Source: Candidatus Bipolaricaulota bacterium
Lineage (GTDB): Bacteria; Bipolaricaulota; Bipolaricaulia; Bipolaricaulales; Bipolaricaulaceae
Assembly (NCBI GenBank): GCA_025060555.1
Contig: JANXBC010000001.1
Span: 8,904 to 72,903 of the forward strand
Direction: 5' to 3'
DNA length: 64,000 nt
Part shown: positions 9,574 through 17,312 of the stretch, piece by piece
Position numbering within the stretch: the first letter of the stretch is position 1
How the letters are laid out: the number at the start of each line of letters is the position of its first letter
The notes under the pieces: generated by a model
What the model saw: the letters and a program-made list of their open reading frames with translations, nothing else
Database searches by the model: none
Told to the model about the DNA's origin: nothing
Translations under genes and position numbers: made by a program

Positions 9574-11794
9574 AGAGCTTTTGCGGGACCTTGTTAGCCA
9601 AGACTGGTACGCTGGGCAGATCGTGGCCACATTCACCCTACCTGGCAAGGCTCCGAATTACGCCGAGTCTCGCCTGAGCTTCCACCCCGCGGTCCAGGGG
9701 TTCCTGGAGCGCCAGGGGATAAGACTCTTCACCCACCAGGCCAAGGCTGCGGAGCTCATCCTCGCGGGAGAGCATGTGTTCATCACCACCCCCACGGCCT
9801 CGGGAAAAACCCTTGCCTTCAACCTCCCTGTCCTCTCCCGGCTCCTTGCGGACAAGGAGGCCACAGCCCTCTACCTCTACCCCTTGAAGGCCCTGACCCA
9901 GGACCAGCTTCTGAAGCTGCGGGAACTCGAGGCTGGGGTGGGGTTTTCTCTGCGGCCGGAGATCTACGACGGCGATACGCCCAGCGAGGTCCGCCCAAGG
10001 ATCCGGGCCCAGGCCCGCATCCTCCTCACCAACCCCTACGCTCTCCACCAGTACCTCCCCTGGCACCACAAATGGGCCCGCTTTCTTAGGAACCTGCGGT
10101 TCGTAGTGATCGACGAGGCCCACCACTACCGTGGGGTGTTCGGCAGCCATGTGGCCCTTTTGCTCCGGCGGCTCCGGCGGATCCTCGCCCGCTACGGAGC
10201 TAAACCCCAGTTCATCCTGGCCTCCGCCACCATCGCCAACCCTGAGGAGCATGGGGAGAGGCTCATTGGCCAGCCCGTCGCAGTGGTGAAGGAGGACGGG
10301 GCGCCACGGGGCGAGAAAACCTTCGTGTTTTGGAACCCCTTCCTCGATACCAACACGTCCTGGTCCAATCAGGTGGCCTCCCTCATGGCCTTCCTCATCG
10401 GGGAGGGCCTCCAAACCCTGTGCTTCGCCACGTCGCGCCGGCTGGCGGAAGTGCTCGCAACCCAGGCCCAGGCCAAGCTCCCGGGCAAACGGGTCATGGC
10501 CTACCGGGCCGGGTACCTGCCTGAGGAACGGCGGGCCATCGAACGGGGGATCCGGGAGGGCGAGATCCACGGGGTCGTGTCCACCAACGCCTTGGAGCTT
10601 GGGGTGGACGTCGGCGGGCTGGACGCCGTAATTCTCGGGGGTTACCCGGGCTCGATCATCTCCGTGTGGCAGCAGGCGGGGCGGGCAGGCCGCGGCCCTA
10701 AACCCGCCCTCGTGTTCGTGGTGGGCCAGGGTGATCCACTAGACCAGTACTTCCTGCGCCATCCTGAAGAACTCCTTACTAGGCCGCATGAGCACGCCAT
10801 CATCAACCCGAAAAATGGGCCCATTCTCTTTCGCCAGCTCCTTTGCGCCGCCGGGGAATTCCCCCTCACGACCAAGGACCTGGAGCTCTTCGGAGCGGAA
10901 GGTGACGTGGCCCACGCCCTCCTTGGGAGCGGTCTTGTCGCCGGGACGCCCGTGGGCCTCGTGTACGCCGGGACCGTGCCGGCTGTGGAGCTTGTGAACC
11001 TCAATAACCTCTCAGACCGGACGATTCGCATCGAGGTGGACGGGGAGACCTTGGAGACCATGGATTACGAGCGGGCCCTGAGGGAAGCCCATCCCGGCGC
11101 GGTCCTCCTGCACCAAGGCACGACCTACCTCGTGCGTGAGCTCGATCTTGGGGAGGGTGTAGCCCGCTGCGTGTGGGAAGAGGTGGACTACTACACGGAG
11201 CCCCTCATCTGCGAAGACGTACGGATCCTGCGGGCCCTGGAGGAGCGGCGGTATGGGAATTTGCAGGTGGGGCTGGGCGAGGTGCGAGTGACCCAAGCGG
11301 TGCGGGCCTACCGGATGCGCCGGGCCGGGGTGACCTTGGGCGTAGAGGAACTTTCCCTGCCGCCGGTGGAGTTCGACACCGAGGGTGTGTGGTTTGCCCT
11401 GCCTCGGGAGCTTGCCCGCGACCTTGGGCCGGATTTGGCCGGGGCCCTACACGGCGCGGAGCACGCTCTCGTGGCCATCGCCCCCCTTCATGCCCTGGCC
11501 GACCGGTGGGACTTCGGCGGCCTCTCTACCCCCTTCCATCCCGACCTCACTGCGCCGGCGGTCATCATTCACGAGACCTTCCCCAACGGCGTGGGACTAG
11601 CGCACAAACTTTTCTCGGTCCTTGAGGAATGGCTTAAAGCCGCGGCTGATCTTTTGGAAACCTGCCCATGCCAGGACGGCTGCCCCTCCTGCGTTCTTTC
11701 TCCACGCTGCGGCAACGAGAACGAGCCCATGAGTAAAAACGGTGCGGCCCAACTCCTGCGATACCTTGCGGAAAGCCTTGTCCGGCCGCGTTGA
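9563..11794 (+). CDS. DEAD/DEAH-box helicase with C-terminal DUF1998/MZB Zn-binding domain (YprA/MrfA-like)
   Basis: Walker A TPTASGKT, DEAH box VIDEAHHY, QQAGRAGR motif VI. C-terminal CPCQDGCPSCVLSPRCGNEN four-Cys cluster. Confidence 0.85.
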   Translation: MAFEELLRDLVSQDWYAGQIVATFTLPGKAPNYAESRLSFHPAVQGFLERQGIRLFTHQAKAAELILAGEHVFITTPTASGKTLAFNLPVLSRLLADKEATALYLYPLKALTQDQLLKLRELEAGVGFSLRPEIYDGDTPSEVRPRIRAQARILLTNPYALHQYLPWHHKWARFLRNLRFVVIDEAHHYRGVFGSHVALLLRRLRRILARYGAKPQFILASATIANPEEHGERLIGQPVAVVKEDGAPRGEKTFVFWNPFLDTNTSWSNQVASLMAFLIGEGLQTLCFATSRRLAEVLATQAQAKLPGKRVMAYRAGYLPEERRAIERGIREGEIHGVVSTNALELGVDVGGLDAVILGGYPGSIISVWQQAGRAGRGPKPALVFVVGQGDPLDQYFLRHPEELLTRPHEHAIINPKNGPILFRQLLCAAGEFPLTTKDLELFGAEGDVAHALLGSGLVAGTPVGLVYAGTVPAVELVNLNNLSDRTIRIEVDGETLETMDYERALREAHPGAVLLHQGTTYLVRELDLGEGVARCVWEEVDYYTEPLICEDVRILRALEERRYGNLQVGLGEVRVTQAVRAYRMRRAGVTLGVEELSLPPVEFDTEGVWFALPRELARDLGPDLAGALHGAEHALVAIAPLHALADRWDFGGLSTPFHPDLTAPAVIIHETFPNGVGLAHKLFSVLEEWLKAAADLLETCPCQDGCPSCVLSPRCGNENEPMSKNGAAQLLRYLAESLVRPR

Positions 11795-11841
11795 GCGAGA
11801 CCAGAAAACCTATGTAGACCATAAAGCACAGCTTGCAAAGC

Positions 11842-11880
11842 CCCCGCTTTGTCCTGCCATTTGGGGAAAGGCGGGTTTTT
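11842..11880 (+). terminator. Candidate intrinsic terminator after the helicase gene
   Basis: CCCGCTTT ... AAAGGCGGG imperfect hairpin followed by TTTTT. Confidence 0.45.
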
Positions 11881-11894
11881 CTAGGGCGCGTGCT

Positions 11895-14387
11895 TTACGG
11901 GGGATTAGCAACGGACACGGGTTGGCGTAGTTCACCCAGCGGCCGGATTTCCCGCGCCCGCGGGAGCACACGGATCTCGATGGTCCGTGACTCACCAGCC
12001 GTAAGGACTAGGACGTAAACCTCTTGCTCCACATAGTGCGGTGGCGCCATGGGGGGAAGCTCTACCCGGAGCTCCCAAGTCCCGGGGCAAAGCCCCTGGA
12101 AGAAGAAGCTTCCGCGGTCGTCGGTGAGCGTGCTATGCCGTACGGTTCCGTTGGTGAGGATCACCCTGGCCTGCGCTAGGGGGCGGTCCACCACCCACGT
12201 GTTCTTGTTGGTCAAGGTGAGCGCGTTGCCCGCTGGCCGGTAGGCGAGGACGTGGCCAGAGAGCGTGGCTGCGGGGACGAGGGCAATGCGTACAGTGGTT
12301 ACTTGACCCGCAACGATGCGCACGTTGAGAGGGAGCTCAGGCTGCGGGCAATAAAGGGGCATGGGGGTCAATATCTGAAGCTGGTAGTTTCCGGGGGCCA
12401 TGGGATAGAACCGGAATGCCCCTCCTGTTCCGGTCAAAGCCTGCTCCTTATCCAATTGCAACAGGACCCCTTCCAGGCCACGCTCACCGGGATCTTGAAC
12501 GCCGTTGGCGTTCTCGTCCACAAACACCACCCCCTCCACCCGCCCCATGGTCTCGAACAAGGGGAACGGCGCCTGGAAGCGTGCTTCGAAGTTAAGTCCT
12601 AGGAAACCCTGTTTCTTTGTAACCTGCGCGGTCCAATCCGCACCGCGCAGGCAAAAGCTGAGTTCTTCTTCACCCAAAAGGACCAAGCGGAGCTCACCCC
12701 AAAGCCCCATCGGGAAAGGAAACGTGGTCCCAAGGCAAAGCTCGCTTCGCACCGTGCCCGAAAACCACTGGGTCACCTCACCCGCCATGCAGAGGGAGTA
12801 ATTGGTGGTCGACCAATATGTGAGGTGACCCTTCAAGGTGAAAGTGGCCACGGAGACGGTGGCGAGCCGGTCAGCGGAGCTCAAGAATTCGCCAAGGATG
12901 GACCAGGAAAGCGGGCGCGCGCTGTCATAAAACCCTAGGCACAGCTTGGTATCCAGCGTATCCAACGACGCTGGACCTTCGTCGCGCTTTCCCTCGAGCT
13001 CCAAGGAAACGCGGAAATGCAGGGTACGCAAGAAGTTTGGGCTGAAGCCAAGGCGCCCAAGCACCCGAATACAAGTTCCCTCCCCAGTGTAAGAGAAACG
13101 CGCAAAGAAGGGCAACCACTCCCCACAAAGGCCTACGGTAACCTTGGAACCCCAGGAAAGTTCCCCGGAAATGGCCGGGCTTCCATGGGTGGAGATGCTC
13201 AGGGATGGCGAATTCCCCACTTGGAATTTGAAGGAAGTTTGGTCCGAGAACAGTGTCCCCAAGAGGACGAAATCATCACCAAGTTGAGAATAAAGGTCCA
13301 GCAAAATCTTATCTAGTCGGAAGTAAAAATGGAAGAGGGTTTCTCCGTCGTAGAAATAAATTGTGGATTGGTAGGCGCAAGCCAAGGGATGATAGGAGTA
13401 CCGTAGACCCAGGCCGCTTACGTCCCCGATAGGCGTGGTATAGCCTATTTGTCCCAGCCGTATTTCCCAAGACGGTTCACGGTACTCCACCCATCCGTCC
13501 AGAAATTCTCTTCCTTTTGGCGAAAGCGCGAGTTTCCCAGTTGCGGCGGCGTAACGGTTAGGGGCGATCATCCCGCCTAGAAAGAGGCAGAACTCCGAGG
13601 AGAAGCTATCTGTGAGCTTTCCGGTCCAGGAGAGCCGCGCGGGGACAAGGGGAAACAGGGAGATGGAGACCCGCTCTGGCGGCGGAGGCAGAACCGTTGT
13701 CCAGATCCAGCCCGCCTCATAAACCTCAGGATCGGCTAAAGACCGCACCGTGACCCAGCAGCCGCTGCGCTCCCCAGGCTTTGCCGTTTCCGGGAGGCTG
13801 AGGCTCAGCGTGACCTCTGCCGCCTCCCCGGGCATGAGGTGCACCACGCGTGGAAAAAGGTCAAAACGCCAGGGCGTGTTCACCTCGACCTGGAAGGAGT
13901 CCAAGACGTTCCCGCGATTGATCACCCAGAGGGTGTAGGTGATTTTTGTGCCCGGCCAAGCCTGGGTACCTGCGGGAAGCCGAAGCTCTACCCCGGCTTG
14001 CGGGAGCACAAGCACGCGGGCCTTAGTTTCCGCAGTGTGAGCGGGCACGGTGTGGCTTTGAACCCGCACTCCAATCTCATGTTCCCCTGCCGGCGTCAAG
14101 GCTGACACGAACAGCGAGACCAGTACAACCTTGGTCTCGCCCGGCCCGAGCTCTACCGTCTCCGGGGCCACGAGAACTGAAATCCCTGGGGGAAGAGCAA
14201 ATGAGACCCCGTATGTATCGAGAAAATTCGCCAGGTTTGTGAAGCGGAAGGCGAGGGTGGTTACGGAGCGCGGGGCCACCGTGCGCTCCGGAGAGATACA
14301 TACCAGGGAAACCGGCGCGGCGAAAACGAAAGCGGAAAAGAAGCCCAGAAGAACGGCGCTGAATAACGTCTTCTTCCCGGGCTTCAT
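11895..14387 (-). CDS. Locus A large protein: signal peptide, NEW3/CARDB-like Ig domains, central beta-barrel-like region, SdrD-B/CarboxypepD_reg-like C-terminal domains (putative usher-like or anchor component)
   Basis: ATG at 14387 preceded by GAGGGGG. Signal peptide MKPGKKTLFSAVLLGFFSAFVFA. Repeats of the type LGPGETKVV.V.L. The ~370-aa centre shows amphipathic beta-strand periodicity and ends FEARF. The C-terminus carries VFVDENANGVQDPGE and DDRGSFFFQGLCPGTWEL motifs. The function is inferred. Confidence 0.85.
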   Translation of the reverse strand: MKPGKKTLFSAVLLGFFSAFVFAAPVSLVCISPERTVAPRSVTTLAFRFTNLANFLDTYGVSFALPPGISVLVAPETVELGPGETKVVLVSLFVSALTPAGEHEIGVRVQSHTVPAHTAETKARVLVLPQAGVELRLPAGTQAWPGTKITYTLWVINRGNVLDSFQVEVNTPWRFDLFPRVVHLMPGEAAEVTLSLSLPETAKPGERSGCWVTVRSLADPEVYEAGWIWTTVLPPPPERVSISLFPLVPARLSWTGKLTDSFSSEFCLFLGGMIAPNRYAAATGKLALSPKGREFLDGWVEYREPSWEIRLGQIGYTTPIGDVSGLGLRYSYHPLACAYQSTIYFYDGETLFHFYFRLDKILLDLYSQLGDDFVLLGTLFSDQTSFKFQVGNSPSLSISTHGSPAISGELSWGSKVTVGLCGEWLPFFARFSYTGEGTCIRVLGRLGFSPNFLRTLHFRVSLELEGKRDEGPASLDTLDTKLCLGFYDSARPLSWSILGEFLSSADRLATVSVATFTLKGHLTYWSTTNYSLCMAGEVTQWFSGTVRSELCLGTTFPFPMGLWGELRLVLLGEEELSFCLRGADWTAQVTKKQGFLGLNFEARFQAPFPLFETMGRVEGVVFVDENANGVQDPGERGLEGVLLQLDKEQALTGTGGAFRFYPMAPGNYQLQILTPMPLYCPQPELPLNVRIVAGQVTTVRIALVPAATLSGHVLAYRPAGNALTLTNKNTWVVDRPLAQARVILTNGTVRHSTLTDDRGSFFFQGLCPGTWELRVELPPMAPPHYVEQEVYVLVLTAGESRTIEIRVLPRAREIRPLGELRQPVSVANPP

Positions 14388-14395
14388 GTTCCCCC

Positions 14396-15205
14396 TCATC
14401 TGGCCTCGAGTGTTACTTGGGCACCCCACACGCACTCATCCAGGTTGTCCACGATAAGGAGGGCGGGGTAGGTGCCGGGCTTGAGGAGGGGCAAAGCGAT
14501 GGTTTGGCGGACTGAGCAACCAGGAAGGATCGTACGCTGAGTTTCCACCGCGAACCGGCCTAGATTTTCTCCCTCGGTACTGTAAAGCTCCAAATACACC
14601 ACCGGCCGGAGACGCCGCTCACCCGTGTTCTCCAGGTCCACTTGGAACACGAGCCCTTCCTCCGTCCGGTTAACCCTTGCGTTTGATAATCTCAAATTGC
14701 ACGCCCCCAGGGCTCCGGCGATATCGGTGATCACGAGCACGGCGTATTGCACAATCTGCACCACGCCCACCACGATTTCGCCCGCCCCGGCCAGCGGAGG
14801 GGCAGGCGCAGCGGGGGTGATGAGTATTACACACCAGTAGCTGCCCCGAAGCATCGGATCCGCCGGAACGTTGATACGGTAACGCACAACGGTTTCTTCA
14901 CCGGGGCCCAAGGTGAATTGCTTGGGAAAAACTTCCAGCCAGCCTGCGTTCGTGCGGGGGTTCGTGCCCGGCTCGGCGTAAGCAACCCGACCATCAGCGT
15001 ACATGAGAAAATCACGTATGCTGACATTGACCGTCACCACTCCCTCGGACTTGCTGCGCACAACGATCTCACCGGAGTAGGTGCGACCTGGCTCCACGAA
15101 AAATTCGTGTCGGAGGCCGCCCTCGATCTCCACCACGGGCATTGGTTGGCCACCTACCACCAAGGAAAGGAACACCGCTAATTCCATCCCTAAAAGGATT
15201 TTCAT
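14396..15205 (-). CDS. Locus A secreted two-Ig-domain protein (DUF916/DUF3324-like, PapD-chaperone-like architecture)
   Basis: Signal peptide. Segment AGWLEVFPKQFTLGPGEETVVRYRINVPADPMLRGSYWCVILI aligns by eye with the locus B homologue (25833-26858). Confidence 0.85.
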   Translation of the reverse strand: MKILLGMELAVFLSLVVGGQPMPVVEIEGGLRHEFFVEPGRTYSGEIVVRSKSEGVVTVNVSIRDFLMYADGRVAYAEPGTNPRTNAGWLEVFPKQFTLGPGEETVVRYRINVPADPMLRGSYWCVILITPAAPAPPLAGAGEIVVGVVQIVQYAVLVITDIAGALGACNLRLSNARVNRTEEGLVFQVDLENTGERRLRPVVYLELYSTEGENLGRFAVETQRTILPGCSVRQTIALPLLKPGTYPALLIVDNLDECVWGAQVTLEAR

Positions 15206-15464
15206 GCTCCACCTCTAAGCCGCCTGCCGTTGTTCATCCGCTGTGCTGGCCGCGCTCCTAGTTTTTGTCCTTGAGGCTTCCCAGCAAAGACGGCGCTGCT
15301 GGCACAGAAAGCGCGTTGAGCGCAGGGAAGATAAATCCACGAAAGACAGCAAAAAGAACGGACAAGAATCGCTTAAGGTTGCGAAATACTATGATCAACC
15401 CCGTTTTTGCCCGGCACAACCTGGTTTGGGAAAAACCATGGAGTCCGAGGTCTACCCTACACTG

Positions 15465-15941
15465 TTAGTCAAGCTGCGCCAGCGTGTAGACCAGGGTGAT
15501 CGTGAAAGTTGCGCCAACGAAACTACGATCGGTTACACCGCTTGCGTCAACCATGAGGTACACATCCCTCGTTTGGTCCTGACCAGGGGCGATATCAGTG
15601 TAAAGCCGGACCGCCTCATAAAGCGGGCCTTCAAGGTCAAGCTCGGCCCAATCGGTCCCATTCGTGCTGATCTTGAGGACGAAGCCCGTGGGAACAGTCC
15701 CAGTAATGCTCTGCACACCCACTTGGATATCGCGGTTTGTATGGTCTGTGGTGTATGTGATCGTGAGCTTACCGCTCGTTGCAAAGGACAATCGCGCAAC
15801 AGTTATATTCAAATGCGCCGGAGCAATTATCCTGTCAGGATATGCTGGGTCTATGGTCACTGTGACAGTCTGTGTCGCGGTTACCGCTAATACCCGCAAG
15901 CTAAACCCAAGAATTACCGATGCCAAAATTGCCCTGCGCAT
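15465..15941 (-). CDS. Locus A small secreted beta-rich subunit (pilin-like, 158 aa)
   Basis: Signal peptide MRRAILASVILGFSLRVLA. Strong RBS AAGGAGAAGGAGGTG and its own promoter. The C-terminus ATFTITLVYTLAQLD is shared with the C-domain of the 16105-17058 product. Confidence 0.9.
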   Translation of the reverse strand: MRRAILASVILGFSLRVLAVTATQTVTVTIDPAYPDRIIAPAHLNITVARLSFATSGKLTITYTTDHTNRDIQVGVQSITGTVPTGFVLKISTNGTDWAELDLEGPLYEAVRLYTDIAPGQDQTRDVYLMVDASGVTDRSFVGATFTITLVYTLAQLD

Positions 15942-16023
15942 CCGCCCACCTCCTTCTCCTTAACCCACAACCGCGTCCGTCTTCCTGTGCAAATCTTTTT
16001 CTGAACAACAAAATAAGCACTTT

Positions 16024-16052
16024 ATTATGATCTTGGAAAAGTATGTCGTCAA
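16024..16052 (-). promoter_or_regulatory. Near-consensus sigma70 promoter for the small-subunit gene of locus A
   Basis: On the minus strand: TTGACG (16052-16047), 17-nt spacer, CATAAT (16029-16024). Confidence 0.6.
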
Positions 16053-16104
16053 TAGCTGGACATTCGTAGCTAGCGCGATCCCGCAGGGCAAAAATAAAGG
16101 ATGC

Positions 16105-17058
16105 TCAGCTTATTAGCAGTGTGTAGACTAGAATGACGGTGAGGGAAGCTCCCACGTAACTCCGTGGTACCTCACGCGCCTCTACTTTCAGCTGCAGGGT
16201 AAATGAACCGGATCCGGAGAGATTTGTAACTATGGTCACAGCGTTGTACGGCTCTGAAAGCGGGAGTTCTACGTAACCTAGCTGCGCTGGCCCTTTCACC
16301 CACAGGCGTAACCCCGGGGGAACCGCAGGATAGACGTTCTGTACTCCCACGATAATGCTGCCTCCCGGAGGAACATAGGAATAGGTAACTATGAGGTCTT
16401 CGCTTTCCGCAACGGCCCCGCGCGCCACCCGGGGGCTCCAATCACTAGGGGCGGTGATATTGGGAAGCGCGTAGTACACAGTGATCTCCGCCGCGTCCAC
16501 GAAGCGTGTGCCTGCCGTGGTTCCAGACCCCACCCGTAGGCCAAAGCCCTGGGCGTTGATGTCCGCCGCTGTCCAGGAAGTTCCCCAAAGGTCCGTTGCG
16601 CTGCCCCAAGATTTCCATCCTGTTTCCGTGCAAGTGGTAGCCACACCTGGGCTAACTGTCTTATGACTTCCCACACGATTTCCGTTCTTAAGGAGAAAAA
16701 GGCCGAAGGCCCCGGCGGCGCTATGGCCGGCCTTGAGGGAAACTTTTATCCCAAGGATCGTGGCCATGGCGGGGATTTGGAAACCAAAGCCGCCAAGATA
16801 GAGATAAGCGTTGTTCTCGGTGGTTGTGGCACAGGTACCGTCAGCGGTGCGCAAAGCACTGCCCGCCGCAAGCCACGGGGTGGGAGCATCGGGCTCGTTT
16901 GGGAGAACAACACCCGCAAAACGACTCTGAAAATAGGGCTGGCAAAATGCCCGATAAGGTAAGAAGACCACCAAAGCTAGAAACGAAACTAATAGAAACA
17001 TGCTGCAAAAGCTTCCTTGCCTAGCAGGCCCTGCAAGCCTTCCCATGAATTTTAGCAT
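16105..17058 (-). CDS. Locus A two-domain secreted protein: novel N-domain plus subunit-like C-domain (tip-adhesin-like); start uncertain (17109, 17058, 17046 or 17001)
   Basis: Hydrophobic signal MFLLVSFLALVVFLPYRAFC. The N-domain shares the pattern IP..I.GI.V ... TDLWG..W ... VD...I.VYY with the locus B protein at 24862-25791. The C-domain ends SLTVILVYTLLIS, like the 158-aa subunit. Confidence 0.8.
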   Translation of the reverse strand: MLKFMGRLAGPARQGSFCSMFLLVSFLALVVFLPYRAFCQPYFQSRFAGVVLPNEPDAPTPWLAAGSALRTADGTCATTTENNAYLYLGGFGFQIPAMATILGIKVSLKAGHSAAGAFGLFLLKNGNRVGSHKTVSPGVATTCTETGWKSWGSATDLWGTSWTAADINAQGFGLRVGSGTTAGTRFVDAAEITVYYALPNITAPSDWSPRVARGAVAESEDLIVTYSYVPPGGSIIVGVQNVYPAVPPGLRLWVKGPAQLGYVELPLSEPYNAVTIVTNLSGSGSFTLQLKVEAREVPRSYVGASLTVILVYTLLIS

Positions 17059-17312
17059 CCTAAAAATTGCCCCGAATATTTCCCCCAAACTGCGAAAGGA
17101 ATGATACAACGGCCATGCGCGGTTGTGGAGTGAGGCCGGAAAATATGCGGTTTAATGCATGGCAATTGTGCCTGGGTGTTTAGCACCCGCGCGTATGTAT
17201 TCAAGCGGACATTTCCAGCGCTGTTTTTCCATAATTCGTTTCCAACCTTGACATCCACTTTCGGCCTGGTAACATTGGCCCTTCGGTTTTGGCTATATAA
17301 AGGACGGGGAGA

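Noticed and set aside
9638-10570. 310-aa minus-strand ORF inside the YprA-like helicase gene.
   Set aside because: It is a typical GC-rich antisense shadow ORF, with Arg/Gly/Pro/Leu-rich low-complexity sequence and no motifs. The sense strand carries unambiguous helicase motifs.
15243-15890. 215-aa plus-strand ORF across the locus A gap and small-subunit gene.
   Set aside because: It is antisense to a gene with a strong promoter, RBS and signal peptide. It has no start context or motifs of its own.
17110-17312. Search for a c-di-GMP riboswitch or strong promoter upstream of locus A, in the divergent region shared with hppA.
   Set aside because: There is no GCAAAGCC/GGCAAACC-type signature on either strand. 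Only weak promoter-like hexamers are present (for example TTGACA-17-AACATT at 17248-17276 for hppA), which is too weak to annotate confidently.
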